NCBI GenBank assembly: GCA_946413265.1
Contig: CAMKJU010000006.1
Coordinates: forward strand, 1,659 to 65,658
Length of the DNA stretch: 64,000 nucleotides
Direction: 5' to 3'
Origin: an uncultured Lentisphaerota bacterium
GTDB lineage: Bacteria > Verrucomicrobiota > Kiritimatiellia > RFP12 > UBA1067
The translations under genes and the position numbers were made by a program. Position 1 is the first letter of the stretch; every line of letters starts with the position of its first letter. A model generated the notes under the pieces. That model had not been told where the DNA came from and made no database searches. It saw only the letters and a program-made list of their open reading frames with translations. Positions 8,656-16,637 of this stretch are shown in pieces.

Positions 8656-9912
8656 ATGTCCGACGTCGCCGACCAGACGATCTCCATGCCCCTTGGCCTC
8701 CGCGTCAAGCTCTCGGCCATGATGTTCCTGCAGTTCATGACGCTGCCGGTATGGTTCAACACGATCATCCCCTACGTGAAGACGCTCCCCGGCGGCGAAC
8801 CATGGACGCTCTGGTGCGGTATGTTCATCGGCTTCGGCACGCTCGCCTCGCCGCTCGTGGGGATGTTCGCGGACCGGTTCCTCAACGCGGAGAAGGTCCT
8901 CGCGCTCACGCATCTCCTCTACGCGATCCTCCTCGCGGCCTGTTTCTTCGTGCGCGCACCCGCGCTGCTCTTCACGCTTCTCCTCCTGGCGTGCTTCGTC
9001 AACATGCCCGGCTGGTCGCTCACGGCCACGATCACGATGACCCACGCCACGCCGGCCGCGTTCCCGCACATCCGCGTGTTCGGCACGCTCGGCTGGGTGG
9101 CCTCCGCCGTGTTCTCGGTCGTCGGCATCCGGTGGTTCGGCCTGACCTGTTTCGACACTTCGCCGTGGATCTTCGCATGTGCGTCGGGGACGGCACTCGC
9201 CGCCGCCGGCCTCGCGCTCGTCCTGCCGCCCACGCCGCCACGCGCGCACGGCACGCCGATGAGCCTCGTCGACGCGTTCGGGCTCAAGGCCTTCTCGCTT
9301 TTTAAGGACCCGCGCTTCCTCGCCTTCGGACTCCTGCTCGCGGGCACCATGATTCCCTTCCAGTGGTACATGAACTACAACGCGCTCTACCTCAAGGAGT
9401 CGGGCTTCACCTATCTCACGCTCACGCAAAACCTCGGACAGGTCGGCGAACTCGCATTCATGGTGGCGTTGCCGTTCCTCCTGCGGACCTGCGGCTACAA
9501 ATGGTCGATGGTGATCGGCATCGCCTTGATGGCGGTCCGCTACATCTGCTTCTACGGCAGCGTGAATATGGGATGTCCCGCGCTCGACTTCGGAGGCATC
9601 CTCCTGCACGGCGCGGTCTTCGGCTTCATCATCGTAAACGCGCAGATGTTCGCAACGGAGGTGGCGCCGCCCGAACTGCGCAACCAAGCGCAGGGACTCA
9701 CGATGACGCTCACGGGCAGCCTCGGGGTGTTCCTCTCCGTGACGATCTTCAACCGCGTCCTTGCCGCCAACGTCAGGCCGGACGGCACGCACGACTGGTC
9801 CACGCCCTACCTGCTCGCGTTCGGGCTCTCTGTCGCGCTCGCAGTCCTCACGGCCCTGCTGTTCAAGCCTAATTCCAGTCGTAATCAAAACATAAAAGAT
9901 ACAAGAAGATAA
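8656..9912 (+). CDS. MFS nucleoside:H+ symporter (NupG/XapB/YegT family)
   Basis: Motifs KLSAMMFLQF, GMFADRFLNAEK and FPHIRVFGTLGW; about 12 TM segments; AAGGAGG RBS. Confidence 0.85.
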   Translation: MSDVADQTISMPLGLRVKLSAMMFLQFMTLPVWFNTIIPYVKTLPGGEPWTLWCGMFIGFGTLASPLVGMFADRFLNAEKVLALTHLLYAILLAACFFVRAPALLFTLLLLACFVNMPGWSLTATITMTHATPAAFPHIRVFGTLGWVASAVFSVVGIRWFGLTCFDTSPWIFACASGTALAAAGLALVLPPTPPRAHGTPMSLVDAFGLKAFSLFKDPRFLAFGLLLAGTMIPFQWYMNYNALYLKESGFTYLTLTQNLGQVGELAFMVALPFLLRTCGYKWSMVIGIALMAVRYICFYGSVNMGCPALDFGGILLHGAVFGFIIVNAQMFATEVAPPELRNQAQGLTMTLTGSLGVFLSVTIFNRVLAANVRPDGTHDWSTPYLLAFGLSVALAVLTALLFKPNSSRNQNIKDTRR

Positions 9913-9920
9913 CGTTGATG

Positions 9921-10024
9921 ATTGCTTTCGCTATTGGGAGATTGGAAGTCTCAGAGTTAAGGAGAATATTTTACAAACTTCTCCCATTCTCCAAATCTCC
10001 TAAACTCCCAACAGCGAAAGCAAT
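9921..10024. repeat. MITE/REP-like palindromic element family C, copy 1
   Basis: Ends ATTGCTTTCGCTATTGGGAG ... CTCCCAACAGCGAAAGCAAT. Related copies at 45263-45376, 45513-45628 and 56215-56316; half copy at about 45062-45115. Confidence 0.85.
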
Positions 10025-10047
10025 TAAGAAGGACCCCAAAAGTTATT

Positions 10048-11403
10048 ATGAATGACAAACTAAAAAAAGGTGCTGTAGGAATCAAGCAGATTGTTGTCAT
10101 CGGCGTTCTGGTGGTTGCTGGACTTGCTCTGATGGTGATGTACAACAAGTATGTCCAGCGAGAGAAATTAGAGGCGGAGAGGCAAGCAGAGGCGGCGCGA
10201 CTCGAACGAGAGCGCGCCGAAGAGGCCGCGCGCGCGCAGCGTCAGAAAGAGGAAGAAGAGGCGGAGAAGAAACGACGCGCGGAACAGGAGGCGCGCGAGA
10301 AGGCGCAAAGGGAACGAGATGAGGCTGAACGTGAAAAGGCACGTAAGGCTGCCGAGGAGGAAGCTGCACGCCAGAAGAAAATCGAGACCGAAAACAAGAG
10401 ACGCGAGGTCTACAACACGGCGCGGGACCTTTTCAAGTCAGCGCTTTATATGGAAGAGGAGGCTCCTCCAAGCGAAAAAATCCTAAGCGCGAAAGCGGGC
10501 AGCAAGTTCTGGTACGCCTTCGACACCTATCACACCGACAAACTGATCTATGAGGTGGACAAGGTTTCGTTTAGCCGCATGGAAGTGAGGGCGCTATCGC
10601 TGGAAGCCGATGCAAAGGACGTTCCCTACTTGGATTTCATTCGAATGGTAAACGCAAACTCGTATATCTATACATCTGGCGATAAAGTGTGGCTGAAGTG
10701 CGAAAAGAATCCCGAAGGTTCGTATCCTGTGCCGAAAAGAGGACGGGACTTCTGCGTGGCTGCCAAAAACAGTGTTGCGCTGTACAAGACACTCCTTGAC
10801 CTCGGCACGAAGTCTGGCGGCGCCAGATGCCGCTTGACATTGCGTTCAAACAACGGGAAGACTGACATCCTGCTCGGCGAGATCGGGTTTGGCGATGTCT
10901 TGCCAAGGCGTGCGATTGAAGAGGACATCGGCAAGCTTATTGGCAGGAAAGCCAGTTCCGCCATACCGGAAAATAGCAAGGTCGAAAAGCCGACATTCAA
11001 GCGCACGGTTGTGTTGTATAATGGGAACGGGATCAAGAAAGAAATTGACGTGACGAAGGTCCCAAGAACTTTTACGTTTCCCCCGCCTCCTAAAGAACCT
11101 GATTACAACAGGTCAAGATATTATCGACATTCAGATAATCGGGCTGCGGCCAAAAAGAGGGAAGAGTGGGCAAAGAAGAAGGAGTTTGCGAGACGGAAAT
11201 GGAAGGCATTGTACGACGAGGCATTGCGCCAGGAAAGACAGGAACAGAAAGTCCATGCAGATTACAAGACCGCACTGGCATTGGAGAAGAAGGAAGTCAG
11301 TAGGATGGAAGAGGACGCCGTCAAGTTGTCAAAGGACGAAGAGGCCATCAATTCGGCTTTGGAAAACTACAAAATCTTCGTGGAAGTAGTCGGACAGAAG
11401 TGA
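10048..11403 (+). CDS. Hypothetical membrane-anchored coiled-coil protein
   Basis: Single N-terminal TM segment, then an E/R/K/A-rich coiled coil. 451-aa ORF, more AT-rich than its neighbours. Confidence 0.7.
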   Translation: MNDKLKKGAVGIKQIVVIGVLVVAGLALMVMYNKYVQREKLEAERQAEAARLERERAEEAARAQRQKEEEEAEKKRRAEQEAREKAQRERDEAEREKARKAAEEEAARQKKIETENKRREVYNTARDLFKSALYMEEEAPPSEKILSAKAGSKFWYAFDTYHTDKLIYEVDKVSFSRMEVRALSLEADAKDVPYLDFIRMVNANSYIYTSGDKVWLKCEKNPEGSYPVPKRGRDFCVAAKNSVALYKTLLDLGTKSGGARCRLTLRSNNGKTDILLGEIGFGDVLPRRAIEEDIGKLIGRKASSAIPENSKVEKPTFKRTVVLYNGNGIKKEIDVTKVPRTFTFPPPPKEPDYNRSRYYRHSDNRAAAKKREEWAKKKEFARRKWKALYDEALRQERQEQKVHADYKTALALEKKEVSRMEEDAVKLSKDEEAINSALENYKIFVEVVGQK

Positions 11404-11404
11404 T

Positions 11405-14023
11405 CTAGCGGCTCAACAGACCGGCCAGCTTGCCGCCGATGAAGGCGTAGCGGTCGCGCGGCAGTTTCGCCGCAACGCGCTCCAGCAGGGCTTTCACCTC
11501 TGCACGTAGATTCGGCTCAAACCGACGCCACACCGCCACGGGAGATAACAAGCGAATCGCGTTGTACTCGCTCACCTCCGCGTACTTGACGAGCGTCTCC
11601 TCCAGCCACGCGAGACCGCGTGGCGTCCAGAGCTGGTCGCCGTTCGCGGCAAAGCCGCAGTAAAGCGCACGACTGAGGCCGGGGTGCGTAATCGACCAGC
11701 CTTCGCGATGTTCCTCGCGCGCGATGGCGTCGAAAACATCCGCGTGAGGATCGCCCGCGACGAGTCCGAGATACGAAAGATAGCCATTGAGCGACTTGCG
11801 TAGTTCAACGCCCTCTTTCTCAAGGAGCTCCTTGCGCCCCGGATCGTCCGTGGAAACGAGCGCGCGCAGCGCATTGAGTCGTGCGGTGATGCTGGTGGAG
11901 CACAAGAGGTATGTGCGAATCGCCTCCCACGCCTCCGGAACGTTGGCAGCCGCGAGAAGCTGAAGTACGCAGTTTTCGTAGGCGCGGCGCTTGAGGGCGT
12001 CAACGGGCGAGACGCCCGTTGTCCCCGTGAAGCGGCGAGACGCCGATTCCCCCAGTGGTAGGGCGCGCTCGCCGAGCGCGCCGCAAAGTTTCTCCACACC
12101 GATCGCCTGGGCGGCCGCGCGGCGCAGGGTACGCATTTCCTGCACGTTCTCGCGGACGCGCGCACGACGATAGCGGTCGATTGAATCGGCCGGAATCGCG
12201 AGCAGCGCGCTTTTGAGGCCGTAGTCGAGCGACTGATCCGCATATATTTCCTTGTAAAGTGCAAGCCACGTTTCCACGCAGTTCTTATCGCGCAGGAGCC
12301 CCATAGCCTCCACGCGGTTACCGCCGTCAGGGTCGGTGCGCGCCTGACACGCGAGCTGCTCTTCGGTGGCAGATGGCGCGAGCATTCCGTAGAATGCGCC
12401 GCCACGGTTCCAGCTGATGAAATCTGGCTTCACCGGGAACGGCGCCGTGAACTCGGTGTAGTCTGTGGTTGAGTCCGAAGGCTCCAGCATGAACACGCCG
12501 CTGCAGAGATCCTTCCCATCCTTTACGGCCGTCCACGTGACCGGCACCGTGAACGGCGGTCGCGGGGCGACCGCCCTACCGGTGGATTCTTCTGTCGGCG
12601 GTTGCGGCAAGCGCGTCCCCGCCGGTAGGGCGGTCGCCCCGCGACCGCCGATGTCCGCGCGGTCTTGAGAGAGACGCACGGTCATGCGACCGTCCTTCCA
12701 GTCCCAGGCGGCGTGTACCGTGGGGAAGCCGACGGAGAAAAGGTAGGGGCCGATGAGGGCACGCACGTCGCGTCCGCTCACCTCCGAGAACACGCGTAGG
12801 AAGTCGTCCGTGTTCGCGTTGCCGCCCGAGAAGCGGCGGAAATATTCCTTCCACGCGGCTTGGTAGGCGTCCGCGCCGATGAGCGCGCGGAGGGTGTTGA
12901 GCACCTCGGGGGCCTTGTCGTAGGTGATGGCGTCAACGACCTCGTCCGGATCGTTCACGCCCTCGCGCACGACGGCGCCGGCCATACCGGCCTCCTCCTC
13001 GGCGAACGCGCCGCCCGTGCCGCGGAGCGACGCGATTTCGTCGCGGCGCATATAGTCCGCGCCGAAGACACGCGCGAGGTAGGCGCGCTCCACGTTAACC
13101 GTGTACGCCTCGTTGAGCCACATGTCGAACACGGTCTCCATCGTCACGCCGCTGCCGCAGTGGTTGTGTTCGTACTCATGGGGAATCACGCCGTGGGCGT
13201 AGATGAGACGCCGGTCGGGGATCGTGGAGTCGATGAGCGCCGCCTCGGTGATGATCGTCGTGTTGCCGGTGTTCTCCATGCCGCCGTAGAGCGACTTCTC
13301 CATGCAGATCGTGCGATACACCTCGAACGGGTACTCGTAACCGGTCACTTCGTGCTGGAACAGCACGGACTCCTTCAGAATGCGCATCGGCTCGCGCGCG
13401 CCGTCGAGATGTCCCGGCGGCACGAGGTACTCGAGCTTCACCTTCCGGTGCGTATCGGGATATTCCACCTCGTCAGCAAGCACCTCCCACGTGCCCGCGC
13501 AGGCGAGGAACAGGTAGGGCGCCATAGGACGGCGCATCTCGTAGACGACGCGGCGGCGTCCGTTGCCGAGGTCGCTTTCCTCCACGAGGTCGCCGTTAGA
13601 GATCAGGTGCGTGTAGCGCGCGTCGCCTTCGATTACGGTGCGGAACGTGCATTTCGCCGTGCAGTCGTCGATGATGGGCAGGATGCGCTGGAAGCCGTAT
13701 TGCTGGCACTGACTCATGTACTGTTGCGGACACCCCGGCGGCGTGACGTCGCAGTAGATGCCCTCCAGCCGCTTGCCGTCGGGATGGGCCACATGTTCCA
13801 CCGCCACCGTGAACTGCTCGCCGACCGCATATTCGCGGTCGAGCGGGTAGACGACCTTCTTGCCGTCGCAGTCGAGCGCGATCTCGCGCATCGTCTCTCG
13901 CGCGCGGCAGTGGAGCGTGCCTGAAGCCTCCACGCGATCCTCGTAGAAGGAAAGTTTTAGGTCAATGTGCTCCAGCTGCGCCGGAGGACGCTTGAATTCA
14001 GATCTCTTGTAAACGTATTCCAT
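11405..14023 (-). CDS. pepN: Aminopeptidase N (M1 family)
   Basis: Motifs SQCQQYGFQRI, GGMEN, HEYEH...WLNE and TYDKAPEV; PepN-type C-terminal helical region. Confidence 0.9.
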   Translation of the reverse strand: MEYVYKRSEFKRPPAQLEHIDLKLSFYEDRVEASGTLHCRARETMREIALDCDGKKVVYPLDREYAVGEQFTVAVEHVAHPDGKRLEGIYCDVTPPGCPQQYMSQCQQYGFQRILPIIDDCTAKCTFRTVIEGDARYTHLISNGDLVEESDLGNGRRRVVYEMRRPMAPYLFLACAGTWEVLADEVEYPDTHRKVKLEYLVPPGHLDGAREPMRILKESVLFQHEVTGYEYPFEVYRTICMEKSLYGGMENTGNTTIITEAALIDSTIPDRRLIYAHGVIPHEYEHNHCGSGVTMETVFDMWLNEAYTVNVERAYLARVFGADYMRRDEIASLRGTGGAFAEEEAGMAGAVVREGVNDPDEVVDAITYDKAPEVLNTLRALIGADAYQAAWKEYFRRFSGGNANTDDFLRVFSEVSGRDVRALIGPYLFSVGFPTVHAAWDWKDGRMTVRLSQDRADIGGRGATALPAGTRLPQPPTEESTGRAVAPRPPFTVPVTWTAVKDGKDLCSGVFMLEPSDSTTDYTEFTAPFPVKPDFISWNRGGAFYGMLAPSATEEQLACQARTDPDGGNRVEAMGLLRDKNCVETWLALYKEIYADQSLDYGLKSALLAIPADSIDRYRRARVRENVQEMRTLRRAAAQAIGVEKLCGALGERALPLGESASRRFTGTTGVSPVDALKRRAYENCVLQLLAAANVPEAWEAIRTYLLCSTSITARLNALRALVSTDDPGRKELLEKEGVELRKSLNGYLSYLGLVAGDPHADVFDAIAREEHREGWSITHPGLSRALYCGFAANGDQLWTPRGLAWLEETLVKYAEVSEYNAIRLLSPVAVWRRFEPNLRAEVKALLERVAAKLPRDRYAFIGGKLAGLLSR
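12001..12083. repeat. Cluster of three REP-like hairpins inside pepN
   Basis: CAACGGGCG-AGA-CGCCCGTTG (12001-12021), CGGCG-AGA-CGCCG (12033-12045) and GGTAGGGCGCGCTCGCCGAGCGCGCCG (12057-12083). Confidence 0.75.
12554..12650. repeat. GTAG-type REP doublet (REPIN-like) inside pepN
   Basis: 29-bp perfect inverted repeat CGGCGGTCGCGGGGCGACCGCCCTACCGG (12554-12582) and its reverse complement (12622-12650). Each arm is itself a hairpin. Confidence 0.88.
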
Positions 14024-14038
14024 AAACCGTCTTTAACC

Positions 14039-15163
14039 TTATGTCTTGCTTGTGGTTGATTTCATCTCCAAATTGACGACATCCCCCGTCCAATTCGCGT
14101 ATGCGTCGTCGACAATCCTGAACGCCCTTTGGATCGGGGCAAGCGACAACAGCCATTTGCCAACAAGCATGCGCCTTGGTATTTCCAGCAAAAGGCCGGA
14201 AAGATAAACGACGGCGACAACACCCGCCGTATACATGGGGTAGAGATCACTTGCCATCCATATCCTTGTCTGGAATATGTCATTCCACAGAAAACCGGAA
14301 AACGCCGGCGTGGAATGAATGACGTAAACGGCGAAGACAGAAGACGCAACATAGTTTATCCATCTGACCGAACCGATATTCAAGTGGACAAAGAAATAAA
14401 ACACCAGAAGCGCCGACACCAAATTGGGAAGTGTCTTGAAATCCGCAAGACATTGGACTGCCCACTCCTGGACGAGCGGGGAACCCTTCCGCTGCAACAC
14501 AACAAGCATCACGTAGAGAGCGATCCCCGCGATGAGCGCATGGTACTTGTACTTGCCTGACGACGAAAGCAGCGGTTTCAGAAAACCCACGAGGATGAAT
14601 GCATAGAAAAAGTAGCAGACATCCACTACATAGCACATCTGCGGATTAGGCAAAGTACATATTACAGGGATGATAACCGTCAGCAAGGCGACAAGGACTC
14701 CCAAAGACTTCCGTCTCAGCTTGAAGGCCGATTTCAGCCAAGGCGCGACAAGGGCAAGGGAAATGTACGCCGAGAAAAACCACAGAGGTCGTCCACAAAA
14801 CGGCACGAATCCTCGTAATACGTCCTTGGTCGTGGGATTTCCCAGAACAAGCCCCAGAATAGTCAACGGTACAGCGTAAAACAAAACAGTCAGATATAGC
14901 CTTGCTATTCGTTCGACCCTAAATCTATAATCGACCATAAACCAGCAGCCAATGAACAGGAACACATTCACGGCCCACCGCGCGCCACAGCCACAAAGGC
15001 GAAGCCACATGGAATCTCCGTGAATCGATGCAATTCCACTCTGGCCGATAAAGTGCCCTGCGACAATCATCAACATTGCCAGCACACGACACAATTCTAC
15101 GCCACTTGTACGTGTTTGAATGCTACCTTCCACCCGCTGGATTGCCAACTTGCTGAGTCCCAA
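14039..15163 (-). CDS. Acyltransferase family 3 (membrane O-acyltransferase)
   Basis: Motifs RTSGVELCRVLAMLMIVAGH, WFFSAY and SSVFAVYVIH; multi-TM. Confidence 0.82.
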   Translation of the reverse strand: MGLSKLAIQRVEGSIQTRTSGVELCRVLAMLMIVAGHFIGQSGIASIHGDSMWLRLCGCGARWAVNVFLFIGCWFMVDYRFRVERIARLYLTVLFYAVPLTILGLVLGNPTTKDVLRGFVPFCGRPLWFFSAYISLALVAPWLKSAFKLRRKSLGVLVALLTVIIPVICTLPNPQMCYVVDVCYFFYAFILVGFLKPLLSSSGKYKYHALIAGIALYVMLVVLQRKGSPLVQEWAVQCLADFKTLPNLVSALLVFYFFVHLNIGSVRWINYVASSVFAVYVIHSTPAFSGFLWNDIFQTRIWMASDLYPMYTAGVVAVVYLSGLLLEIPRRMLVGKWLLSLAPIQRAFRIVDDAYANWTGDVVNLEMKSTTSKT

Positions 15164-15183
15164 TTACAGACTAACCACTAGCC

Positions 15184-16056
15184 TCACTTGTCGTCGTCAC
15201 CACCATCGTCTTCGGGCTCATAGTTTTCCTGTAACCATGCTTCAGCCTTATCGATGTTAGACCAATCTTCGCCCGTGATGGTATTGTAGGTTTCCTTGGC
15301 CGCCTTAACCGCGGCGGAGTTACCGCCGTCTTCGATGACGTCGGCCAGCACCTGTATTGCCGCAAGGTCATCTATACCGATCAATTCGTTGGCGATGTCC
15401 TCAAGCATCTCGCCGTCGTTGATGCCTTTCATGGTCGCCTCGATCACACCCGCCTTTTCCCCCTCGTCGTCGATCTCCTGCAAGCCCGACATCCAGCCAT
15501 CCTTCGCAGCCCCGGCGACCTCCTCGTTCGCGTCCGCCATGAACTGCATCAACTCGACCATCGCATCCTTACCGAACCAGGAGAGCGCCTCCACGGCCAT
15601 TTCGCGGAGCTCGTCGTTCTTGGACGCCGCCGCCTCAGCGGCCAGCGCACGCGCGCTCTCGAGGTCGTCATTGTCAATGGCTTCGCGAGCCTGACGCATC
15701 AGCGCCTGATCCTTTTCGGGATAAGCCTTCCCGTCTGGATCACGGAAAACGTCATCGTCCCCGCCGCCAATACGGCCTGCAAGCCGCCCACCCAGCTTCG
15801 GCTTCTTCTTCTCGGCGACCTTTTCCCTAGGCGTCTGCGAACGCTCCGAGATTGGCTTCACGGCGCTCTTCTCGGCGCCCTTCTGGCGCAAGAGGGCAGA
15901 ACGCCTCCTACCCCTGGGCGACGTCTGTTTCGTCGAGGCGGACTTGCCGTCTCCACTAGGAATGAAAACATAGCAGAGCGTCGCGGCCACAACGGCAACT
16001 GCGACGCCAATGCCGATCCAATGCGCCCTCTTCACTTTAGCCGCCTTGCTATTCAA
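15184..16056 (-). CDS. Membrane-anchored HEAT-repeat-like protein
   Basis: N-terminal TM segment, basic linker, acidic helical repeats (LREMAVEALSWFG, LMQFMADANEEV). Confidence 0.7.
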   Translation of the reverse strand: MNSKAAKVKRAHWIGIGVAVAVVAATLCYVFIPSGDGKSASTKQTSPRGRRRSALLRQKGAEKSAVKPISERSQTPREKVAEKKKPKLGGRLAGRIGGGDDDVFRDPDGKAYPEKDQALMRQAREAIDNDDLESARALAAEAAASKNDELREMAVEALSWFGKDAMVELMQFMADANEEVAGAAKDGWMSGLQEIDDEGEKAGVIEATMKGINDGEMLEDIANELIGIDDLAAIQVLADVIEDGGNSAAVKAAKETYNTITGEDWSNIDKAEAWLQENYEPEDDGGDDDK

Positions 16057-16594
16057 TGGTGGCGGTCATCGACTCGCCCTTAACGGAAACCTTCAGCTCT
16101 CCGCCGATCTTGCCAGAGAACTTGGCCGTGTAGGACTTCACCTTCTTTTCGCTCTTGGCAACGTAGACCTTGAACGAGCCGGTGATTGTCCCCTTCTTCT
16201 TGTTGAGCTTGGCCTTCAGGGCACTGGGATTGTCCGAGTCCTTTGAATCTACGAAACCGCCTTCCTTCTTGCTGTATTTCACCTTGCCGGCCTTTGGCGC
16301 CTTCAACTTCTTGCCGGTCCATTCAAGCGCGACGCCGTCCGGCAGGAATTCCGACAGCACCTCGTAACCGTCAATTGTCTCAGGGAACTCGTCGTCAAGC
16401 GAAAAGGAGAGCGTATCGCCTTCATCCAGATCGCTCAGGCTGAACGAACTGGAATCGTCATCATCCGCAGTAGACTGCTCGGAGGCTGTCTCCGTTTTCT
16501 CGTAGTCGGAGGAAGTGGCACGCAAGGCCGCCTGGCACACTGAAGCAGCTGCGAAAAGCGCAGCCACCGCTATTGTCGTTCTTGTGATGTTCAT
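16049..16594 (-). CDS. Secreted protein consisting mainly of a Lys-rich beta C-terminal domain
   Basis: Signal peptide and AAGGAG RBS. GTITGSFKVYV...YTAKFSG motif resembles the C-terminus of the adjacent 612-aa protein. Confidence 0.75.
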   Translation of the reverse strand: MNITRTTIAVAALFAAASVCQAALRATSSDYEKTETASEQSTADDDDSSSFSLSDLDEGDTLSFSLDDEFPETIDGYEVLSEFLPDGVALEWTGKKLKAPKAGKVKYSKKEGGFVDSKDSDNPSALKAKLNKKKGTITGSFKVYVAKSEKKVKSYTAKFSGKIGGELKVSVKGESMTATIE

Positions 16595-16637
16595 TTTCTT
16601 TTCTCCTTTTTGGGGTTGAGTTGTCTTTCAAGCGTCT

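Noticed and set aside
10048-10140. Type IV pilin-like leader (KKG-AVGIKQ)
   Set aside because: Lacks Phe+1/Glu+5 and there are no pilus genes nearby. Treated as a plain TM anchor.
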